A stretch of DNA of 10,951 nucleotides from Azolla caroliniana (GCA_043228905.1 JBHGNT010001211.1:1-10951), one strand, 5' to 3'. Counted from the first letter of the stretch, positions 1-9,258 are shown. Numbers and translations are program-made. The notes: generated from the letters alone by a model not told the origin.

Positions 1-1408
1 AACATTTATTGTGTGCTGTAAGAAGGAAATGATAAATAATGCAATATCTTCATTCATTTGTCCACCATTAATTGCTTAATATCAGAGGATGTAGGTTAAT
101 TCATGTGCTCAAATTTGGAAAATCATATGGATTTACCACTAGATGCTTTGCAATTGATGAAGTAAACATTCGAGTATTGATTCTCCAAATGATGGTCCAG
201 TGGGAAGCTGGTGCTTTCATAACCTTGTTTTCTTGGAATGGACATCAACATTCACATGTTGCAAAGATTCTTGTGGATCCCTTCATTTTTGGTGATTTGG
301 CTAGAAAGTCACTAAGCTAGGAAGCTTTGTCATTCACTTGGTGAACATGGGATTGATGCCCTAGGTAGTTGGACAAAGGAGGTGTGCCCCTTGCGAGCAT
401 GTTTGGGATGGAGGGTTTGCGTCTCTTCAGAAGCGTAAGTCTGTAGCCAGTAATGGTATCACCGCCAATCACTTATTTGGAAGATCCTATATGAATCTCA
501 GGGCACAATCAATGTAAATTTATTTTCATGTGTTTAGTGAACCCATTCCTTAGCAGCGCGGCTTGGTATTTACTATGAATCGATAATAATAATAAAATCA
601 AAAGAAGCATAGAAAAATGTGTCATTTCAAATAGGATGGTGTAGGGAAACAATGAAACATGACAATCTCAAATATAGGTAACGTATGGTTACACTCAAAA
701 GGGTTTAGACGTGGTAAATCTCTTCACCAATGAAGACGCAACTCAATCACCACCTTAGTTGTAGTATTCTTTGGTGGATCTAATCGAAACAAAAAAATAA
801 CAATCCTAAGGACTTGTTTTATAATGCAAGATTTGGTTCTATAATGTGAACAATTTAACCATTGTTAGCCAGGTTTATCATTTGTTGGTCCTATAAAACG
901 TGGGTGTTTATACATGGCATTGAGCTTTTGAGATACATGTATGTAAAGATAGTCCAACGGTATGTGTGCACATGGAGGTTTATACCAATGTTCATGTATG
1001 TTTTGCATCCAAGTTTGCACAATGAAGACGTAATCATGATTCTATTCTTGGCTAGACAAACATGTCGAAACTACGATGAAATCGTTGCTTGGCCAAAACA
1101 ATTGTATATGAATCATATATAAAGATTATTCCAAGGTGTGGCTGAAATTTGTGAGCATCCTCTTGGTGAAGGCTAGTGTGGAGAAGTTGGCATGTGGACA
1201 AAGTTATTAGCGTTGATGCACTATTCACACATAGAAAAAAGAATCAATTGAATTGTTCCGAGGGAAAAATGATGGATATATATTACTACATATTGTTGGA
1301 AGAAATGATGGATATATCACGATTCACAACATGTTGCTTGTATTTTCTCTAAATTCTTTCTATTCACTTGGTGAAAAATTCATTCTCTAATTTCACAAGG
1401 AATCCACC

Positions 1409-1606
1409 AAAGATTCCATTTTCATAGTCGTGGTCACAATCAAAGAGAGTTTTGGAGTTGAAATCTTCTCCTTTGTATTCTCAATCATTATTTGTAAAGA
1501 TTCCTTTTTCATTGTCACAATCACAATTGTAGTCACAATCAATGAAGAACAACTTGCGATTGCGACAGTCATTGTAATCCACTTCATATTCTCAATCATA
1601 ATTTTT
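1409..1606. repeat. Degenerate two-copy tandem repeat (87 and 111 bp)
   Basis: AAAGATTCC occurs at 1409 and 1496, GTCACAATCAA occurs in both copies, and TATTCTCAATCAT occurs at 1476 and 1587. Confidence 0.75.
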
Positions 1607-2455
1607 ACAATACTCATGACTTTGTCTTTTCTTCTCAACCTTGTGTGAGAGTTTCATGCATATGCCTACCCATAGTGGAATCTTCACAATTGGTCCCCAT
1701 GCAAGAAGCTTCTCCTTGTAATTGAGGATTAGCAAAAATTAAATAGTTTCATCTTCTATAAATAATATGGAACATTTAGTATTAATTAAACAAAAAATGA
1801 TTACTAACTGCAAAAATCCTTTGGATTGCACATTTGTGAAAGAGAGAAAAAGGAAATAGCCTTTATTGTTCCTCCATTTCCCCAAATTCCCCCTATTATT
1901 TTTTATATATCCCAACCCTCATTGTTCAACCCTCCAAAGAGCAAGTATATGTGCTTTTGGACCAATTGTATGACCGATTCATCTCCTTGTCAAGTGTTTG
2001 AGAAATAACCAAAACTCAAAGATGAGGATTTTATCATATTTTTCCCTTTAACTAGAATGCAAATGAGTGCTCACATATTGTGTAATGTGTCCTCTATTTC
2101 ACGAGTAAAACATGTGTTTCATTCTTCCCTCAGTTCACATTTGTGTGGAATAGGGACCTATAGAATTAGATTGCAAAATAGAAAGACACTATGGAAGAGA
2201 AAAATAAATGATGTAGTGGAGTGCCTACGTGCGTTTGCTAGAAAGGATAATGTAAACAAAGATGTAATCTCATGTGTTCGTAAGCAAACATATGTATATA
2301 TAACGAAAACATTCAAGCATTCAATAAACTTGGCTCCTAAGGCCGGCTTTAATATGCAAGGTTACTGATCCTAACAATTTACTCAATGTATGCATTAACT
2401 CCTCAACCACAAAATTTATTGGCCTCGCCAAAGGATTTGTTTGATCTTGTTCACA

Positions 2456-3100
2456 CCAACACTCCACCTCAAGATCTTATCTACAACATTCTGGGGACTT
2501 ACAACACATTGTTCTAGTTAGTATTACTTAAATAATCTACAACCAAGACCCAAGATCTATGGGGTCAAGACAATATCTACTCTATTGTTGGTTCGATGAG
2601 TAGGGATTCACGTCAATCCACTGTTAAGCATGCTAGCATACCCGCAAATGAATTAGCAAACTATAAACTTAACACTTGAATACACACTCAAGAGACGAGG
2701 GTTAATCTAATAGGCATAAGCACATCTTAAATATTGATGTTAAATTACTTAGCACTTGATTATAGGAAAGAAAATACTCTTTTAAGAGTTACCACCACTA
2801 ACCCAAGCACTTAAGATTAAGACTTAGGGTTTTGGTCTCAAGGTACGAGTAAGCTAATAATTAATGAGAGAGAACGATGTTAAAAAGGGCTTAATCCCTA
2901 GCTCAAAGTTCACTAAAAGTGAATAAGAGACATAAAAGACTTGTAAAGTGTGTTTAATAGCTTTGACAATGCCCTTGGGCCTTTTCATATTGCACCACAA
3001 GCTTCTCTATGCCTCTGTCCCTCCTTTATTGGTACAATCGTTTCTTCATCTGTGACCAACGTCATCTGTATGAGAATGGTTAGCATTCCCCTCATCTTAA
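2456..3100 (-). mobile_element. Possible Ty1/copia relic (RT and RNase H traces, PPT, start of 3' LTR)
   Basis: The minus strand reads CTTGAGGTGGAG|TGTTGG (2473 to 2456), like a copia PPT-LTR junction (TTGAGGGGGAG TGTTG). Upstream on that strand are faint IPT..QQ..VDI..T..LG (RNase H end, ~2550-2610) and MLTILI/DD/LVTDEETIV..EKLVVQYE (YVDD region of RT, ~2985-3086) remnants that need frameshifts. Confidence 0.38.
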
Positions 3101-3575
3101 TGAGTCCCTAGTACCTACTCCTAGGTGAAACCATGGACTATGAGTTTCAATAGCTTGTGTTGGAGAGATAACCATCTTATTCCATTATTATTATTATTAT
3201 ATTTCTATCTCATATATTTTTTATTGAATATGTGTAGCATTATGTATTTATGTAGTATTATTCTAGTTTATTTATCTCATTTGATCGTTATTGCTTATTA
3301 TAATTTCTATTATTAATATAATGTTGGTGTAATCGTATATGTTATTATTGGAAATGTTTACTTCTTGAGTGACTGGATTTACTGTTAGTGTTATTATTTG
3401 TAAGATTAAGTATTTGTTTGTTTGTTTGTTATTTATTATTAATAGGGAAGTGTGTTGAATGTGTGTGTAAGTGTGAGTGATTCAATCTGGTCACATTGGG
3501 GTATCTAGCTTGACCTAACATTAGGCATGTTAATAGGCATTTGTGCACCAAAATTTGAGATAAGTCACTCAATTG

Positions 3576-4268
3576 AAAAAAGTTGGCATGCAACCAATCA
3601 TCACTTGGGCTAAAGGGTGTGTGGTGTGAGGGTCCCTTATTCAAGGTTTCAATGGTTGCATTGTATCCAAGAAAGATGGCACGAGTGCATGGATCGTTTT
3701 TTGGATAGACGTAAGAGTTTTAACCACCCACCTTGCAATTACTTTATAAGGATATGTTATCAAGGTTGCCAACTCTAGATTGTGGACCACACACTATAGA
3801 GATAAGGTGGTTTACATTGGGTTGTCATTTGTGCTCATTTTGGGAAGCGATGTTCAATGTTGCCCTTGAACCACCCTTGACCCTTCATGAGAGTCTTTGA
3901 GACTTGCATATGCCATTGATTTGTTGTCCATTATAATCTATGACTATTCCCTTGATGAACATGTTTATTTTTGCATTTGGGTTGGGAAGGTCAACTTGTT
4001 CGATGATTGCGATTGTTTTCCTTTTCCCATGCTAGTACTTTAATTGGTGTGACATACTCCACCATGCAAGAGAAGCTATAATTATGATGATTTCCTTTAC
4101 GTTGTCCTTGGATGGTTGTGAGTTTTTTCTGTACCCGCCGAATAGCTTTGACCCATGTAGACAACATCTTTACCTTATTTTGGCGTTGTTGTCATGTAGG
4201 GTTGGGTGTTACAAGGATTTAGTATGTGGGCGAGTCATGATGTAGCTGACCTAAACACTTGGGAAACG
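3576..4268 (+). mobile_element. Heavily decayed second Ty3/gypsy integrase and chromodomain relic
   Basis: Ordered but frameshifted motif remnants: KKVGMQP (3576; resembles KxAGLLQPL), EGPLFKVSM (3628; GPWESVSMDF), WIVFWID (IWVVVD), LYKDMLSRLP (3742; FFKEIVRLHGLP), RDK (3798), SFWEAMF (3835), TTLD (~3870), and WASHDVADLNTWE (4227-4265; chromodomain WxGYxxxENTWE). Each is weak alone; their order is the support. Confidence 0.5.
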
Positions 4269-4597
4269 TTATTTCAGATTGAGTCCGTTGAGATGTGTAT
4301 GCACTAAAAAGATTCATTTTAAGTGCACTAAATGTGAAACAATCTAAGGTAACCCAATCCTTTCACAAAATGTTGTGCTTGTGGGATACATATAATGCAC
4401 AACATTAGTAAATGGGCCCATTTCATAGCTGATTCTTTACTAGCATGTGAAGTTATTTTTGTCCATGGCATGTCTCTCTCACAACCTTTTGGATCACCCT
4501 AGGGTTGGTGGTCATAGATTGGTCATCAACTAAGGGTTTGCCTTCTCGCTTATCTATAAGAGTATAGGATTGGACTCAATATGTCTTCTTTTCCTTT

Positions 4598-4785
4598 CTC
4601 ATGTAGAAGACATTGTTACAAAAGTCCATAACTATAGGCAACCTTATTAGAGCATCAAGTGACTAAGAAGGTAAGGGAATATTCAACTCAAGTAGAGGGC
4701 ATTGTTACAAAAGGTCAATAACTATAGGCTACTATTGATTAGAGCATTGAGTGTCTAATAATGTAAGGGAATGTTCCATTCAAGT
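4598..4785. repeat. Two-copy tandem duplication, ~89-bp period
   Basis: CATTGTTACAAAAG occurs at 4611 and 4700, and each is followed by ATAACTATAGGC...ATTAGAGCAT...GTAAGGGAAT...TCAAGT. Confidence 0.9.
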
Positions 4786-5074
4786 GACTACAATGTTCAT
4801 GATATTATCCCCTTCGTTTAACAATAAGTTCCACGAGTCACAATACATGAACTAAGACTTGGGGTTTTTGGGATATCGATGAGGAAATTCAATTTCAACT
4901 CTATGGCATTACTATGATTCTCCATAAATTCCCAAGTTCAATCACTAGGTGTATAACCTAACCAATAATTTGTTGCATACAACCTTGGACTTCAAATGGT
5001 TTTCAGTTCGTATTCCAAACCATCAACAAGCTCAATTGGACATGGAGGAGGTGCAACACAATCTAAAGCAAAGG

Positions 5075-5356
5075 TTGACCTATTTTGACCCAACCAAGCC
5101 CTTTATCATAGAAGGTTGCACATTTGATTTTACAGTTGTAAGTGTCGTGTCATAGATCAAAGATAAAGACAAGGGATAGTTACATCCAATCACTTTCCAT
5201 TCACGAAAATTTGATGTTGCCAAAAACATTTACATTCATGACAATCAGATCTTGGCTGTCATATATTCTTTTAGGCATTGGCACTACCTTCTAGAAGGTT
5301 CTCCCCACCAAATCAAATATTGACACATTTCCAACATGGGGCGTAGTTTCTTACGT
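5075..5356 (+). mobile_element. Degenerate Ty3/gypsy retrotransposon RNase H domain
   Basis: One frame reads LTYFDPTKPFIIEGCTFDFTVVSVVS*IKDKDKG*LHPITFHSRKFDVAKNIYIHDNQILAVIYSFRHWHYLLEGSPHQI. This is colinear with the Ty3 RNase H consensus (FDPxKPFIVETDASDFAIGAVLSQ..LHPVAFYSRKF..EINYEIHDKELLAIVxSFxHWRHYLEG). A frameshifted W-A-*-FLT remnant (RWAxFL) lies at ~5337-5354. In-frame stops and loss of the TDAS motif indicate inactivity. Confidence 0.9.
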
Positions 5357-5555
5357 TGTCGCATACACGCGCGTGTGTATGCTACTTAAGCGAGACCACG
5401 AGGAACCTAAATTAGGGAAGGCATGATGTTGTGAGAGAAGATTTAAAATGCTTTCGTGGGTCATCGCACGTAAATTTTCCCTTTAGTGTGAAATATTACA
5501 TTTGGGTTCAATGATTCTATTCGATCATGGGCTCTTTCGTTGGTGTTGTGATTCA

Positions 5556-5606
<51 letters not shown>

Positions 5607-5813
5607 CAAAAGCACTTGAACGGTTAGGAATAAAATTAGGGCTAATTTCACCCAATTAACACAATAAAATTGAATCAAGTCCAAACAAAGCTTCACAAAA
5701 GAGACTCCTTCAAATTAGGTTTTATAATCTATTGCAAAATAGACATGATGGTGATTATGATAAGTGTTTACAACAATGATAATGAGGGTAGATGAGTTAA
5801 GCTAATTGTGACA
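5357..5813. mobile_element. Non-coding segment replacing the integrase core; possible LTR-like or other TE-derived insertion
   Basis: Protein similarity stops at ~5356 and resumes at 5814. The segment begins TGTCGCA and ends TGTGACA (6/7 inverted match, TG...CA). I see no target-site duplication. Confidence 0.4.
5559..5602. repeat. (TC)22 microsatellite
   Basis: Perfect dinucleotide run. Confidence 0.99.
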
Positions 5814-6144
5814 ATCCAAGCTACGTGGTATCCACAAGAGCTCACCTACGACCATTGGTACCATTGCTCTTTGTTGATGTAGTGTCCTCGTACGACTTTG
5901 AGATTCCTTCCTCAATTTGTTGATGAGCTATGTTTCTCCCTTGGAACCCCTTCTGAACTACAAGGTTATGCGCAACACAAAGTATGCCACTTGGCTGATT
6001 GATTAGGTTATACATCTAGTCATTGAGATTGGGAGCCTATTGAGAATCTTACTAATGCCACAAAAGTTGTAGCCAAATTTCATCGTTGATAGCTTGATAA
6101 TGTAAGTCCTAGTTCATGCATTGTGACTCCTGGAACTTGATGCC
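5814..6144 (+). mobile_element. Degenerate chromovirus integrase C-terminus and chromodomain
   Basis: IQATWYPQELTY (resembles IKTTRPxxKLDY) starts at 5814, followed by YVSPLEP (resembles HVSLLEP) and KVMRN at 5962. From 5988 the frame reads HLAD*LGYTSSH*DWEPIENLTNATKVVAKFHR, resembling the chromodomain YLVDWLGYxxxDRTWEPxENLxNAxExVxEFH. Confidence 0.85.
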
Positions 6145-6156
6145 AAAGGAAGGGGG
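6145..6156 (+). other. Polypurine tract (PPT) of the chromovirus relic
   Basis: AAAGGAAGGGGG at the end of the chromodomain-encoding frame, the expected position before a 3' LTR. Confidence 0.7.
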
Positions 6157-6164
6157 TAAAAACA

Positions 6165-6222
6165 ATATGTACAATGGAGTTCATGAAAGGGAACTTAACC
6201 TCTTGAACTCCATTGCACATAT
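6165..6222. repeat. Inverted repeat/hairpin, 19-bp arms (18/19 match), 20-nt spacer
   Basis: ATATGTACAATGGAGTTCA (6165-6183) pairs with TGAACTCCATTGCACATAT (6204-6222). Confidence 0.92.
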
Positions 6223-7648
6223 CCAAGCTTTAATCATACTCATAAAAAAACTAAATAATAGACCTGAATCTAAGGGGCCAAAGTTCAAACCTCTCCAGAA
6301 AGAAAGAAAAACAATTTTCATTTGTGAGTTAATAAATGAGTAGATTTACACAAAAGTACTTAGATATCTCTAGTTTAAGTACATACTAACGTACTAGTGA
6401 AGATTGTTTTAATTTCTTGAAAGTTCATCATTTAAGCCATTATACTTTATGCTATCATCTCTCATTTTACTTAGCCTAGTGAAGAAGATAAGACAACTTG
6501 GGATGTGTGCCAAGAGTAGTTTCATTTTAGGTGGTGAGAATCATATATTGCCTTTATGTTATGCATTTGCATATATTAGTTTAGACACACACTTGAAATC
6601 TTTATGAAATATTGTTTCAATTATATCTCATGAGTCATAACATGTCTTCAACGATTAACACAAACTTAAAAAGGTACACCTCAAGTAACTGTAAGGGATT
6701 GTTGATTGAAGCAATTAAGTAGCTAGTAGTTATCCAATAATTAGTTAGCCATGTAATCAAATAAATTACTTAGCCACCAAAAGTTAATATACATGAATAG
6801 CCTCCCATTGAATTACTGCACAAATGAATTTATTTTACGATGTAATAAGGAAGCATTTAAATGCATCCAACTCCTTCACTCTCATGATGAGAGTGTTGCT
6901 ATCTTTTTATATAAATTAATCATCAAAGTGTCAATGGGACAAAAGAGTGAAGGGTTGTTCTCTCTATGCTAGATAGCATACCTTTTGTAATACAGTATAT
7001 GTTTTCACTAAGTAAATCACGGACCTTGATCTATCAAAGAAGAGGATAGTTGATAGTGATCTAAAGGTTATGGTGATATTAACTAGTGAGGAGCATATTG
7101 TTGCCTAAATTATCCCTACTCCCTACCCTTTCCCTAATCAATTAATTAAGTGTTAAGTTCTGTTTAAGCCTATGGAGTAAAAATTCTAATGCTAGCTAGG
7201 AGCTCGTAGTCATTGCGTGAATACAAGGTCTTCTACTTCTTAAATATTGGTTATCGACAATTAGATTCGTATAGTAACTTGTTGATACGTATATAGTAGC
7301 TCCCGTACTATGTTGTATTGTCCCATGGTGGGAACATGAAGAATGATGAAAAGTTTTTTGTTTACATAAGATTGTCTTGAGAGGGAAAATGTTACAAAAA
7401 TTAATTAATGTATTGTTGGACTGCAAAAGATTGAGTGTATGTTTGTACTTATCTTGTAGAATAGGTTGGATTTTCGAAGCCTGACAAAAAGTTTTTTGAC
7501 ATTGGCTCAAAAATGTCCATCCACATTAAAATAAGGCATGAGCAAAAATATATTTAGAATACCTCAACTGTCAACATTCACCATGTAAATTCGTCCAGTT
7601 GTACTTTAAAAGTTGGTACCTTGCCACACCTCACCATGCCTCAAGTCA

Positions 7649-7688
7649 ATAAAGTGAGATGTTATCACCTTACACAATCTCACTTTAT
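7649..7688. repeat. Perfect 12-bp inverted repeat with 16-nt spacer
   Basis: ATAAAGTGAGAT (7649-7660) pairs with ATCTCACTTTAT (7677-7688). Confidence 0.85.
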
Positions 7689-8972
7689 CCATCTTTTTGG
7701 ATCATATCTCATAATGTTCCACGTGTCCCTTTTTATGGCCTCAATGCGAGACATATCAATCCTTTCGAATTAAAAAGGTAATGTAGTAAAATATCATTAA
7801 AGTAAAACTCAAAGCGTCATTGATCACACATGATCACATTTGTTGAAATTCATCAAGAAGATGAACTAATTTGCAATGTCTACACTCACAAACACCAGTG
7901 TGAATTCTTATAGCTTGTTAATCTTCATCTTATTTGGTTTTGCAAAACTTATTTCCTTGCATTGTAAATAATTAGGTGCTTGATAATTCTAAACAAGAGT
8001 GGATGGTAAGTATTTGTGTTAATTCAATGTTAATGAAGGTTTTATTCTAATGGTTATCTTGGAGATATGGTGTACAAATATATATAATTCTTGTATATAC
8101 ACATCAAATCGGCTATGATGTGAGCACGTTGGAGTCGGTTGGTATACTCCTTGGATATCGAACACAACTTTTGTATTTCTTATGATTTTATAATAACAAG
8201 GCGTATCTCTTTGGAGAGAAAAAAAAGTAGGTGATTAGCATTAACATTGATGCAAAAAACGTGACATTGAAGATAATGCAAATGAGACCAACCTTGACAT
8301 TAACATTCATGCCATTTGTCAATATATGGTTTGTTGGGATGATCTATCACCAATCACAATTGTAAATGAGATATATGTAGACCTTAATAGAATTGCACAT
8401 CATCATCAAAGTGCGTATGAGTCAATTTTGCATTTTCCACTTTCAGCATCTAGAGTTGTCATGCTGGCATCAAGAAAAAGGTAGACAACGTGCTTGCAAT
8501 GAAGTTTCCATATACAATGTCCAGTGTTGAAGCTTATATTGAAAATGCCATTGTATTTTATTGCTTCAACCACGTAGGCATCTAGAATATCCCCTACATT
8601 GAGCATACACTAAATAACTTTTGCACAAAATGTTTAGTTCCTCTCCTCTAGTACACCATTTGGACAAGATGATGTTCTCATAAAACTAAAGGATATAGAA
8701 AGGGAATTCATCGAAGAAGAGGATTGACCAGCTCACAAAAAGGGAGGACCTCAACCAAAGTAGTCCAAGTCAGGTTGGAAGAGAGGAACGATGCAACAAA
8801 GACACGTAGCTCAAAATTAGAGGCCATAAAATGATGAGCTTTTGAAAGTCGGACGACCAACGTTTGGGTTTTAGCCAAAACTCCCATAAGAGCATGGGTC
8901 CATTAGGATATGGACCCATGCCACCCCACGAGGACGAGAGGAAACCTGAGAAGATAAACGATCTTACCACCT

Positions 8973-8974
<2 letters not shown>

Positions 8975-9002
<28 letters not shown>
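8975..9002. repeat. (GA)14 microsatellite
   Basis: Perfect dinucleotide run; a (TC)8 run also lies at 9126-9141. Confidence 0.99.
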
Positions 9003-9006
<4 letters not shown>

Positions 9007-9258
9007 CAACCATGAACTAGTTGAGATGTCGCCAAACACAACATTATCCTTCATATGGGTAGAGACTCGTGGGGAATGCAAATTACAAACACAGGACATT
9101 AGGCAATCGATCAATCCTTGACAAGTCTCTCTCTCTCTCTCATGGCATTGATAAGGTAGTAGTATCATCAGATCGCGCCACATGTTTCTTGGCATCTCCA
9201 AGGTTACTCTACGAGGCAATGTCTTGATCGAATGGCTCATCACAAAACAAATCAAAAG

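Noticed and set aside
1267-1317. 15-bp direct repeat AAATGATGGATATAT with 36-bp period (also CATTAACATT(G/C)ATGC at 8239 and 8298)
   Set aside because: Only two copies each, in a eukaryotic context with no cas genes. These are local duplications, not CRISPR-like arrays.
3125-3316. Hydrophobic Tyr/Leu/Ile-rich ORF (also 10082-10300 and 1430-1648)
   Set aside because: Low-complexity AT/T-rich DNA produces membrane-like translations, and 10082-10300 lies inside the arginase intron.
3494-3510. ACATTGGGGTATCTAGC resembling an LTR end plus tRNA-Met primer-binding site (TGGTATCAGAGC)
   Set aside because: It needs several edits to match and is followed by integrase-like rather than gag-like remnants.
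5461-5655. Minus-strand ORF with ERERER run
   Set aside because: Artefact of the (TC)22 microsatellite.
5814-6229. 9-bp direct repeat ATCCAAGCT at 5814 and 6221, suggesting a Mutator-type TSD around the chromodomain fragment
   Set aside because: There are no convincing TIRs inside. The first copy is part of the integrase-like reading (IQA), and one 9-mer match at this distance is plausible by chance.
7196-7510. 104-aa minus-strand ORF (and the 103-aa ORF at 2057-2368)
   Set aside because: I recognise no motifs or splice structure in either; lengths are compatible with chance or TE-derived DNA.
8975-9141. (GA)14 and (TC)8 as terminal inverted repeats of an element
   Set aside because: Complementarity is limited to the SSRs, the flanks do not pair well, and there is no TSD.
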